Origin: an uncultured Verrucomicrobiales bacterium | Lineage (GTDB): Bacteria; Verrucomicrobiota; Verrucomicrobiia; Verrucomicrobiales; Akkermansiaceae | Length of the DNA stretch: 64,000 nt | Direction: 5' to 3' | Assembly: GCA_964397975.1 (NCBI GenBank) | Contig: CAYNLE010000004.1 | Location: forward strand, 944-64,943 | Shown here: piece by piece, positions 29,711 through 38,212 of the stretch | Layout of the letters: each line of letters opens with the position of its first letter | Numbering within the stretch: the stretch's first letter is position 1 | Notes under the pieces: generated by a model | What the model was told of the DNA's origin: nothing | Databases searched by the model: none | The model's input: the letters and a program-made list of their open reading frames with translations, nothing else | Translations under genes and position numbers: made by a program

Positions 29711-30558
29711 ACAGAAAACTAAAAAACAACATCGCCACAGCCTTTCTCTCTCTATGTGCCCTCATAGGCATTGGCATATTCCTAGCTATCCTAACAGCTG
29801 TAGTTACAAAAGGCATGCATGCCATCAGTTGGTCATTTCTCACCTCAGAAATCGAACAAGCAGGAGCTTCTGGAGGCATCCTTCCGAATCTTATAGGAAC
29901 CTCCATCTTACTCCTAACGGCAACTATCACAGCGCTTCCTATATCCATTGCTACAGCCTTCCTCATCCGTTACTTTCGTCCTACGGGAAAACTCACCCAT
30001 ATCATCGAAACCCTCCTCTACATACTAAACGGGATTCCCTCCATTCTCATTGGTATCCTAGGTTTCACCCTCTTTGTCCGTAATCTTGAAATAGGTAAAT
30101 CATGGCTCGTCGGCGGCTCCCTCCTAGGCATCATGATTGTCCCCACCATCACCATCATACTCGCAGAAAGAATCTCCGCCATCCCTGATATCTACACGCA
30201 AGCCGCCCGCGGGCTCGGTATGTCACAAGCCACCACAGCCCGTAAAGTCATCCTACCACGCTGTTGGGCATCCATTATTACTGGACTTCTCTTAGGCCTA
30301 GCCAGAGCAGCTGGAGAGACAGCACCTATCCTCTTCACCGCCACCGTATTCTCAGGCGCGTTCCTCCCAGAAGGCATTACAGACTCACCTATCCTCTCGC
30401 TGCCCTATCATATCTTCGTCCTCGCACAAGACTCCTTAGAAATAGCCTCTGGAAACCTCTGGGGATCTGCCCTCGTCCTTCTAACTCTCGTCTTCACGCT
30501 CTCACTCATCGCGCTCCCCATAAGACTTAAAGCCCACGACGAATCACGCCATGCATGA
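29707..30558 (+). CDS. pstA: Phosphate ABC transporter permease PstA
   Basis: GGILPNLIGT, LNGIPSILIG, AARGLG, LGLARAAGETAPILF; ATGA overlap with pstC. Confidence 0.93.
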   Translation: MNRKLKNNIATAFLSLCALIGIGIFLAILTAVVTKGMHAISWSFLTSEIEQAGASGGILPNLIGTSILLLTATITALPISIATAFLIRYFRPTGKLTHIIETLLYILNGIPSILIGILGFTLFVRNLEIGKSWLVGGSLLGIMIVPTITIILAERISAIPDIYTQAARGLGMSQATTARKVILPRCWASIITGLLLGLARAAGETAPILFTATVFSGAFLPEGITDSPILSLPYHIFVLAQDSLEIASGNLWGSALVLLTLVFTLSLIALPIRLKAHDESRHA

Positions 30559-31276
30559 ACCAACAAAACAACAAATCGTCGACGACCCCATCCTCGAAGT
30601 CCGTGACCTTTGTGTATCCCACAAGCAGCTTTGCGTCTTTAACAAAACTACCCTTAGTTTTCAAAAAAATGCCGTCACAGCCATCACGGGTCCCTCTGGA
30701 GCAGGGAAATCTACCTTTCTAAAATGCCTAAACCGCCTCATCGATTTCACCCCAGAACTAAAAGTCACAGGCGACGTCACCCTGCACGGGAAAAATATCC
30801 GTCAGCCTGACACCGATCCTGACCAACTCCGCACCCACGTAGCCACCCTCTTCCAACAACCAGTCCTCTTCCCTGGATCCATCCAGAAAAATGTCCTCTT
30901 TGGTATTCAACACCAACCTGACTACAAGAAATCCGAAGCGGACCAAATTGTAGAACAAGCCTTAAAATCGGCAGCCCTCTGGGAAGAAGTCAAAGACCGA
31001 CTATCAGCGCCAGCTACTAACCTCTCTGTGGGCCAGCGCCAACGTCTTTGCCTAGCCAGAATCCTAACGATGAAACCAGAAGTCATCCTCATGGACGAAC
31101 CCACCAGTGCTCTCGACCCAGCCTCCACCACCGCTATCGAAGAACTCATTCTCTCACTAAAAGGTACTACCACCATCATCATCGTTACCCACAACGAAAG
31201 CCAAGCCACACGTCTAGCAGATAGGAAAATCCACTTCATCGTCAGTCAAGGAGCTTGTAGCATAACAACAATTTAA
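30551..31276 (+). CDS. pstB: Phosphate ABC transporter ATP-binding protein PstB
   Basis: TAITGPSGAGKSTFLKCLNR, LFQQP, AALWEEVKDRL, LSVGQRQRLCLAR, ILMDEPTSALDP, IIVTHN. Confidence 0.93.
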   Translation: MHEPTKQQIVDDPILEVRDLCVSHKQLCVFNKTTLSFQKNAVTAITGPSGAGKSTFLKCLNRLIDFTPELKVTGDVTLHGKNIRQPDTDPDQLRTHVATLFQQPVLFPGSIQKNVLFGIQHQPDYKKSEADQIVEQALKSAALWEEVKDRLSAPATNLSVGQRQRLCLARILTMKPEVILMDEPTSALDPASTTAIEELILSLKGTTTIIIVTHNESQATRLADRKIHFIVSQGACSITTI

Positions 31277-31417
31277 TAATCTATCCTGATATAATCCCCC
31301 CCTAATCCAGGAAAGACCCTTTAATATTAAAATCTGCTGTATATAGTTGCATTCAGCTATTTGTTACGTATCAAGCGGTAAACTTACAAACCCAGCTATC
31401 ATAAAATCATTCTGAAA

Positions 31418-34054
31418 ATGAAAATCACGCTCTTTACTAAAACATCATTGCCAGTTTTGTTCACCACGCTTCTCAGTTTTCTAGCTGTTGCGCATGCTGA
31501 TACAGAAAAAAACAAAGCTCTTCACCTCTGGTATGATGAGGAAGCGCCTAATACTGACATGGGCTGGGTGAATCGTTCCATCCCCCTAGGCAATGGATAC
31601 ATGGGTATTAATCTCTTCGGTGGCACAGAAAGTGAGCGTATCCAAATCACGGAAAACAGCCTTTTCGATGGCCCTTCTAAACCAGGTTTATACCGCAGAG
31701 GCCTCAGTAACTTCGCAGAGATCTACATTGATTTCAACCACAAGAACGTCAGTAACTACAAAAGAGAACTAGACCTCCGCCAAGGAACTTCCTCGGTGCA
31801 ATATGATAATGACGGAGTAACCTATACCCGCGAATTCTTCGCCAGCTATCCTGATAAAGTAACGGTGACACGACTCACTTCCTCAACTGAGAAAGCACTC
31901 TCCTTTACACTTCGTCCAACTATTCCTTACTTAGGAGAAACGAGAACGGGAACCGTTGTTGCCGAGGGCGACACCGTCACCCTTTCCGGAACCATGAAGC
32001 ATTATCAAATCGACTATGAGGGACAACTCAAAGTCATCGCTGATGGTGGGAATATGAAATCTAATGACGACGGCACCATCACAGTCACTGACGCGAACAG
32101 CGCTATGATAGTGATAGCCGTGGGAACGAATTACCAAATTGACCCAAAAGTATTCCTAGAAAACGACAATGCCAAAAAACTAGCAGGATTCCCCCACCCG
32201 CATGAAAAAGTAAGTAACTACATCGCACAGGCTTCCGCGAAAACTTACGATGATTTGTTATCTAATCACCAAGCCGACTACAAAGAGCTATTTGACCGTG
32301 TCAGTCTAGATCTAGGGGCCAAATTACCAAGTATCACCACTGATCAATTAGTTGATGCATATCCTAAAGGAGAATATAGCCGATACCTAGAAGAGCTCGC
32401 CTTCTACTTTGGTCGTTACATGCTGATCTGTTCGTCCAGAAAGAACACTCTCCCTCCTAACCTACAGGGAATCTGGAACGTCTATGAAAAACCGCCTTGG
32501 TCATCCCAATACCTTCATGACACCAATGTTCAAATGGCATACGCACCTGTGTTCAGTGCCAATCTACCCGAACTATTCGAGTCTTACGCCGACTATTTCC
32601 TAGCTTTCAAACCTAGGCAAAGCGCCTACGCCACGCAATATGTTAAAAAGTATAACAAGTCTCAGCTCGACCCAAATGGCAACAATGGCTGGTCTGGTCC
32701 GTTCTGGGCAAGCCCCTATATCATCCCAGGGAAGTCACAAATGGCAGGGTTCGGCACAGGATCCTGGGTAGCTCAAATGTTCTGGGACTACTATGACTTT
32801 ACTCGTGATGAATCATTACTAAAAGAAAAGGTTTACCCAGTAATGTATGAGCAGGCAAACTTCGTCTCGAGGTTCGTGCAAGAAATCGATGGCGCCTTAT
32901 TAGCAAATCCATCTTCATCACCCGAACAGGATAAGCGTAACACCATAGGCACGACCTTTGACCAACAAATGTTCTATGAGAACCACCACAATACGCTTAA
33001 AGCCGCAAAAATTCTCAACCGAACCGATGACCGTTTAGAAGTCTATGAGAAACAACTCGCTCAGCTTGAGCCAATCAACATTGGAAAATCTGGACAGATT
33101 AAGGAGTTTCGTCAGGAAGAATACTATGGTGAATTTGGGGACCCTCACCACAGACACACGTCTATGTTACTTGGAGAATACCCTGGTCAACTGATCAACG
33201 ATACCACCCCAGCTTGGTTAGACGCAGTAGAAGTAAGCCTCACTAAGCGCACCAATAAATCCAATATTGGCTGGGCTCGTGCAGAGCGTGTCTCTTTTTG
33301 GGCCAGAGTGCATGATGGCGAAGAGTCCTACACCTTCTATCGAGACTTATTAGAGAAAAACTTCCTCCACAACCTATTTAATGATCACCGCGGTGGTCCC
33401 CTCTTCCAAGCAGATGGTAATTACGGTGCTACAGCCGGAGTTGCAGAAATGCTGATGCAAAGCCAAGATTATGTCATCTCACCTCTTACCGCCATTCCAT
33501 CCGCTTGGCCATCAGGGAGCTTCAGTGGGCTTCTTGCTCGAGGAAATTTTGAAGTTTCAGCTGAGTGGAAAGAAGGAAAAGCTACTCGCATAGAGGTTCT
33601 ATCAAAATCTGGTGGTGAAATGAAACTAAGATACCCAAATGTCACCAAAGCAACTGTTACGACTAGTGATGGCGCAAAAGTTTCTTTTGAAACAGCAGGA
33701 ACAGATATTATTAAGGTATCTACCACAAAGGGCAAAACATACCTTATAACAGAACTCCCAAGTCACACTCTCGTTGCCGCTCCATCTGACCTGAAGATCA
33801 AAGCAAATGGCAAGTCTCAGATTGAACTAAGTTGGACCAAGAGTTCAAACGCAACATCCTACAACCTCTACCGAGCACTTGGAAACTCACCCTCTTATGA
33901 GCTAGTAGAAAAAAGCATCACTGCCACAGAATACAATTATCAACCCTCTGACACAAAAGACGTAGAGCAAATGACACTTAAGGTCATCGCCGTTGATAGC
34001 AATAAACGTGAAAGCAGAAAAGGAGCCACTACGATTTGGCTAAAGTCTGAGTAA
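31418..34054 (+). CDS. GH95 family alpha-L-fucosidase/L-galactosidase-like enzyme with C-terminal FN3 domain
   Basis: Signal peptide; LWYDEEAP, IPLGNGYMG, FGRYMLICSSR..LPPNLQGIWN, SSPEQ, HHRHTS, GWARA, FQADGNYGATAGVAEMLMQS, LLARGNFEVSAEWKEG; FN3 APSDL..IELSWT..ATSYNLYR. Confidence 0.93.
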   Translation: MKITLFTKTSLPVLFTTLLSFLAVAHADTEKNKALHLWYDEEAPNTDMGWVNRSIPLGNGYMGINLFGGTESERIQITENSLFDGPSKPGLYRRGLSNFAEIYIDFNHKNVSNYKRELDLRQGTSSVQYDNDGVTYTREFFASYPDKVTVTRLTSSTEKALSFTLRPTIPYLGETRTGTVVAEGDTVTLSGTMKHYQIDYEGQLKVIADGGNMKSNDDGTITVTDANSAMIVIAVGTNYQIDPKVFLENDNAKKLAGFPHPHEKVSNYIAQASAKTYDDLLSNHQADYKELFDRVSLDLGAKLPSITTDQLVDAYPKGEYSRYLEELAFYFGRYMLICSSRKNTLPPNLQGIWNVYEKPPWSSQYLHDTNVQMAYAPVFSANLPELFESYADYFLAFKPRQSAYATQYVKKYNKSQLDPNGNNGWSGPFWASPYIIPGKSQMAGFGTGSWVAQMFWDYYDFTRDESLLKEKVYPVMYEQANFVSRFVQEIDGALLANPSSSPEQDKRNTIGTTFDQQMFYENHHNTLKAAKILNRTDDRLEVYEKQLAQLEPINIGKSGQIKEFRQEEYYGEFGDPHHRHTSMLLGEYPGQLINDTTPAWLDAVEVSLTKRTNKSNIGWARAERVSFWARVHDGEESYTFYRDLLEKNFLHNLFNDHRGGPLFQADGNYGATAGVAEMLMQSQDYVISPLTAIPSAWPSGSFSGLLARGNFEVSAEWKEGKATRIEVLSKSGGEMKLRYPNVTKATVTTSDGAKVSFETAGTDIIKVSTTKGKTYLITELPSHTLVAAPSDLKIKANGKSQIELSWTKSSNATSYNLYRALGNSPSYELVEKSITATEYNYQPSDTKDVEQMTLKVIAVDSNKRESRKGATTIWLKSE

Positions 34055-34083
34055 CACTTCATAGTCCTGATAAGTTAAAGTAT

Positions 34084-34524
34084 ATGCAAACTACTTTTTA
34101 CACCTTCATCGTATTCATTATGTCATTCACTTTATCAAAAGCTGAAGGGACTATTATCCCAAAAGATAGTAAGAGCGAGTGGGATTTCCGAGGAGAAGTT
34201 TCCGCGTTTTTTCTAGGAAGTGAATCAGCAAAGAAGCTTCCAGACTGTAAGACATACGAAGAATTAAGGGACACATTAGAAAAAGCTATCCCCGAACTAA
34301 TCAAAAGCCGATACTGAGGAGCTTATCAAGGGGCCTGTAGTTGCAGGCTGGCACTCATCAGAACTTACTTAATTCTGGGAGAAACAGAGAAAGCAGATAA
34401 AATGCTAAAAGATGCTGGAGGAAGTAATTTATTTCTAAGTTATACTGTTCAGGAGAAGTGTTCAAAGTCAAAGGCTGAACAAGTTACCCCAGTTGATGGT
34501 AACAAGCGTGAAAGCAGACAGTAA
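34084..34524 (+). pseudogene. 146-codon secreted-protein ORF interrupted by in-frame TGA at 34315-34317 (pseudogene or recoded gene)
   Basis: Signal-like N-terminus; after TGA the frame stays open for 68 codons (GAYQGACSCRLALIRTYLILGETEKADKML...VDGNKRESRQ) to TAA 34522-34524. Confidence 0.7.
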
Positions 34525-34689
34525 AAGCGGCTAGGCATACAGATCGCAACTGCATGATATGAGTTATCAAAAACGACTCCTTCTATTTAGAGCAGTGGAT
34601 GTGTAGACTAAAACTTCACTAATCGCTTGCTTGGATAAAAGTCAGATTTTGATTAGTTAATCAGCAAATACTTGTTACCATCTGCTCCA

Positions 34690-34842
34690 ATGTCCGAGTC
34701 AAAACCTCCAGAAAAACAGCATAGCACGAGCGCCAGAGGGAAGAAAAAGCATAGATCGAAACCGCTACAGAACAAAAAGCGCAAATTACAAAAGTTTAAA
34801 GGTAAAGCGATCCCTAGAGGTAAAAGACCTAAGAAGAGGTAA
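34690..34842 (+). CDS. Unannotated 50-aa highly basic protein
   Basis: MSESKPPEKQHSTSARGKKKHRSKPLQNKKRKLQKFKGKAIPRGKRPKKR; 15 K + 6 R; TTAGTT-N17-TACCAT promoter-like element 8 nt upstream of ATG. Confidence 0.6.
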   Translation: MSESKPPEKQHSTSARGKKKHRSKPLQNKKRKLQKFKGKAIPRGKRPKKR

Positions 34843-35071
34843 AAGCCTCAAGTAGAAAGCTTATTGACGTCAGCGCGGCTTGCAAGGGATTCAGTAGTGA
34901 TCTTCTAGCACGTCTTCTCCACTAACGGGGTCAGCCGTTATCACAATAATGACGCCAAAGTAAAAAAGGCGCAGTGTTGCTAACGATTGGGGTGAAACTA
35001 AAAACAATTCTGTAAAATCCGGCTGAATCTGCTTAAAAAGCTCTATCAACCTATTTTTCATTTAAACCACT

Positions 35072-36268
35072 ATGATTATTTCACCTAAAATTCGAGGATT
35101 CATCTGCACAACGTCGCACCCCGATGGCTGTGCTGCCCATGTGCAAGAGCAGATCGCTCATGTAAAGTCCCAGCCTAAGCTTGAGAACGGTCCTAAAAAT
35201 GTACTCGTGATCGGTGCGTCTGCTGGCTACGGGCTGGCTTCACGTATCGTGCCTGCATTCGGGTCTGGAGCTAATACTCTCGGCGTCTTTTTTGAAAAGC
35301 CAGGAAGCGAAAGAAAGTCAGGCTCTGCTGGCTGGTATAACTCTGCCGAGTTTGAAAAAGCAGCTACTGCGGAGGGTCTATTCGCCAAGTCACTTAATGG
35401 TGATGCTTTCTCCCATGAGCTTAAGCAACAGGCTCTTGATATTATCAAAAACGAAATGGGTGGTAAGATAGACCTTGTTGTTTACTCACTCGCCTCCCCT
35501 CGCCGCACTGATCCAGATTCAGGTGAGGTATTCAAATCAGTTCTTAAAACAACAGGTGGCGACTACACGAACAAGACACTAAACACTGATAAAGGTGAAG
35601 TGCAGGAAGTAACTATCGGAGCTGCCACAGAGGAAGAGGTAGAACATACGATTAAAGTCATGGGTGGTGAAGACTGGGAATACTGGATTAACAGCCTATT
35701 CGACGCTCAAGTTCTCTCTGAGGGAGTTAAAACTGTCGCCTACTCATACATCGGCCCTGAGCTGACATGGCCTATCTACACAGATGGCACAATCGGTCAG
35801 GCGAAAAAAGACGTAGAAACATCATGCGCTAAGATCGACGCGAAGCTTAGTGACGCACTCGGTGGCTGCGCTTATGTATCAGTTAATAAAGCCCTCGTTA
35901 CTCAGGCTTCATCAGCTATCCCTGTGGTGCCACTTTACATCTCTATTCTTTATAAAGAAATGAAGGCTAAAGGTATTCATGAAGGATGCATCGAACAGAT
36001 CCAACGCCTTATGTCAGACCGATTATACGGTGAAGACTTACAGCTAGATGACGCAGGCCGCATTCGTCTAGATGACTGGGAAATGCGCGAAGATATCCAG
36101 GCAGCTGTGCAGGCGTCCTGGAATAAAGTCTCAAATGAAAATTTCGGGGAACTAGCTGATTTCGCTGGTTACCAGAAAGAGTTTCTTAAGCTCTTCGGTT
36201 TCGGTCTAGATGGCGTAAACTATGATGCCGATACAGATCCAGCAACAGCCCCTGCTTCATTAGCATAG
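35072..36268 (+). CDS. fabV: Enoyl-ACP reductase FabV (trans-2-enoyl-CoA reductase family)
   Basis: MIISPKIRGFIC..HPDGC, VLVIGASAGYGLASR, SAGWYN, NGDAFS, VVYSLASP, VMGGEDW, AYSYIG, SVNKALVTQASSAIP, HEGCIEQI. Confidence 0.97.
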   Translation: MIISPKIRGFICTTSHPDGCAAHVQEQIAHVKSQPKLENGPKNVLVIGASAGYGLASRIVPAFGSGANTLGVFFEKPGSERKSGSAGWYNSAEFEKAATAEGLFAKSLNGDAFSHELKQQALDIIKNEMGGKIDLVVYSLASPRRTDPDSGEVFKSVLKTTGGDYTNKTLNTDKGEVQEVTIGAATEEEVEHTIKVMGGEDWEYWINSLFDAQVLSEGVKTVAYSYIGPELTWPIYTDGTIGQAKKDVETSCAKIDAKLSDALGGCAYVSVNKALVTQASSAIPVVPLYISILYKEMKAKGIHEGCIEQIQRLMSDRLYGEDLQLDDAGRIRLDDWEMREDIQAAVQASWNKVSNENFGELADFAGYQKEFLKLFGFGLDGVNYDADTDPATAPASLA

Positions 36269-36297
36269 GTAAATCACCTGTTTCATCATTACTTTCA

Positions 36298-36329
36298 GCG
36301 GCACCTAAAATATTTATAGGTGCCGTTTT
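36298..36329 (+). terminator. Intrinsic terminator after fabV
   Basis: GCGGCACCTA-aaatattta-TAGGTGCCGT-TTT. Confidence 0.75.
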
Positions 36330-36352
36330 AGCTTCCCTTCATCCTATTTAAC

Positions 36353-37090
36353 ATGCCCAGTAAAGACCGAGCCGACACGATCCTTGTTTCCCGCGGACTC
36401 TGTGATTCAAGAGAGCAAGCTAAACGACTAATCCTAGCTGGCGAAGTCATGGATGGAACAACGGTGATACCAAAACCGAGCACAAAGGTAAGCTTAAACG
36501 CTGAGCTAAAACTAAAAAATAAACCTAAATATGTAGGGCGTGGTGGTTTTAAAATAGAAGGTGCTCTTAACGCATTCAAGATCGATCCCACGGGTATGAC
36601 CTGCCTCGATGTAGGTTCATCGACAGGAGGTTTTACCGACTGCTTGCTACAATATGGAGCAGTCCGTGTGCATGCCATCGATGTAGGCACGAATCAACTC
36701 GTCTGGAAACTGCGTAACGACCCTAGAGTGGTGGTCAAAGAGCAATTCAATGCCCGCCACATGACACCAGACGACATCGGTGAAAAAATCGACCTCGCAG
36801 TAACTGATGTTTCATTCATCTCACTTACTAAGATACTTCCCCCCATGTTCTCTACCCTTAAAAAAGACGGACAAATCGTCTGCCTGATCAAACCTCAGTT
36901 TGAGCTGAACCGAGAAGATATTGGTAAGGGCGGTATTGTACGTGACCCAGCAATGCACCAGCAAGCTGTAGATAAGATAAAACGGTTTGTCACTGAGGAA
37001 CTAAACCACGAATGGATCGACTGCATTGACTCCCCCATCACAGGAACTGATGGGAACCGGGAGTTCCTAGCATGGCTGAAGTGTGGTTAG
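36353..37090 (+). CDS. tlyA: TlyA family rRNA 2'-O-methyltransferase (S4 + FtsJ domain)
   Basis: RADTILVSRGL..SRE.A, YVGRGGFK, LDVGSSTGGFTDCLLQ, DVSFISL, LIKPQFE, SPITG.DGNREFL. Confidence 0.95.
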   Translation: MPSKDRADTILVSRGLCDSREQAKRLILAGEVMDGTTVIPKPSTKVSLNAELKLKNKPKYVGRGGFKIEGALNAFKIDPTGMTCLDVGSSTGGFTDCLLQYGAVRVHAIDVGTNQLVWKLRNDPRVVVKEQFNARHMTPDDIGEKIDLAVTDVSFISLTKILPPMFSTLKKDGQIVCLIKPQFELNREDIGKGGIVRDPAMHQQAVDKIKRFVTEELNHEWIDCIDSPITGTDGNREFLAWLKCG

Positions 37091-37095
37091 GCTTC

Positions 37096-37554
37096 TTACA
37101 TTTCAAAGTAATCGCCGCCCACTTCTTTTAAATCCTCTAGCGTGGAAGACATATCTTTCTGCTTATCCCAGACTTCTTTTAACACATAAACGGGAGCCTG
37201 CTGACGGACGGCAAGAGCGATACAGTCACTAGGCCGCGCGTCTATTTCCACCACCTTACGTTCCATGATTTCATTTTCAGCAATCATAAAGAGCCGCGCA
37301 TAATAAACCTCACCATCTGCTTCAACGATGGTGACCCTATCCACCTTAGCGCCAAAGACATCGAGCACCTGAGAAAACAAATCATGTGTAAGAGGCCGTG
37401 GAGGTTTCACCCCAGACATCACTGCATTGATCGAAGCTCCAATACTAGGCTCGATGTATATAACGATCGATTTCTCACCGTCACCTAAAAACACAGCACA
37501 ACCAGCAGGAGTCGGCATCAAAGCTACCGGCTCAACCCTAACATAGTTACTCAT
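37096..37554 (-). CDS. Bifunctional nuclease family protein (DUF151)
   Basis: IYIEPSIGASI, PPRPLTHDL, YYARL, IDARPSDCIALAVR. Confidence 0.93.
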   Translation of the reverse strand: MSNYVRVEPVALMPTPAGCAVFLGDGEKSIVIYIEPSIGASINAVMSGVKPPRPLTHDLFSQVLDVFGAKVDRVTIVEADGEVYYARLFMIAENEIMERKVVEIDARPSDCIALAVRQQAPVYVLKEVWDKQKDMSSTLEDLKEVGGDYFEM

Positions 37555-38103
37555 CTAGTGATGTAAATTTACACTATCAACTACACCGTGGTCGATACGC
37601 TCTAAATACTTACGAGAGATCGAGACATACTTCTCAGCCCACGCTTTCACTCCTTCTTGCTCTTCTTCACTCAGAGTTCTCACCACTTTAGCGGGGCTAC
37701 CTAATACGAGTGATCCTGGAGGAATCTCCATCCCCCCTGTAACCAGAGCTTGTGCACCGATAATAGAGCGTTCACCGATGACCGCTCCATCTAGAATACA
37801 AGCTCCCATACCTACTAAAACCTCATCCTTCACAGTACAGGCGTGCAAGATAGCGCTATGACCGACTGTAACAAACTCGCCTATACGCACACCAAAGTCA
37901 TCTGCTAGATGAATCACTACATTATCCTGAATATTCGAGTGAGAACCCACTACAATATCGTTAATATCACCTCTCAGGGTAGTGTTATACCAGACACTAG
38001 CTCCATCACCGATCGTTACGCGCCCGATAATATCAGCGCTAGATGCAATATAAGCACTAGAATGAATATTAGGGGCAATATCATCAAAAGTTTCTATAGC
38101 CAT
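37555..38103 (-). CDS. Gamma carbonic anhydrase family protein (YrdA/CaiE-like)
   Basis: Hexapeptide repeats; LRGD, SNIQDNVVIH, VTVGHSAILHAC, LVLGSPAK; start set at ATG 38103. Confidence 0.95.
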   Translation of the reverse strand: MAIETFDDIAPNIHSSAYIASSADIIGRVTIGDGASVWYNTTLRGDINDIVVGSHSNIQDNVVIHLADDFGVRIGEFVTVGHSAILHACTVKDEVLVGMGACILDGAVIGERSIIGAQALVTGGMEIPPGSLVLGSPAKVVRTLSEEEQEGVKAWAEKYVSISRKYLERIDHGVVDSVNLHH

Positions 38104-38109
38104 AGTTTT

Positions 38110-38138
38110 ACTATAAACTAATTTTGTGCCTTTCACAA
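38110..38138 (-). promoter_or_regulatory. Sigma70-like promoter, leaderless configuration (gamma-CA operon)
   Basis: TTGTGA-N17-TATAGT-N6-ATG(38103). Confidence 0.7.
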
Positions 38139-38212
38139 GTTGCAATAGTTATGAAGCAATGTAATGCTGACTCTGAGTTGCCTGAAAACAAAGCAACAAA
38201 ATCTACTCAATT

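Noticed and set aside
27898-30083. Antisense or alternate-frame ORFs over pst genes (27898-28206, 28269-28609, 29658-30083) and similar shadow ORFs across the window (e.g. 36328-36690, 47928-48251)
   Set aside because: They fully overlap well-supported genes, have no recognisable motifs, and are expected from codon bias
34055-34530. Integron attC sites flanking the small ORF (GTTAAAG before ATG; GCTGAAC near the end)
   Set aside because: The core sites deviate from GTTRRRY/RYYYAAC, there is no convincing long imperfect palindrome, and no integrase is present
34891-35061. 56-aa minus-strand ORF (MKNRLIELFKQ...EDHY)
   Set aside because: It starts 10 nt from the divergent fabV ATG, leaving no room for a promoter, and is likely a chance ORF in the fabV upstream region
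34861-35071. Structured ncRNA in the fabV upstream region (TAACGG/CCGTTA and CGCC/GGCG hairpins)
   Set aside because: The stems are short and isolated, with no match to any RNA family I recognise
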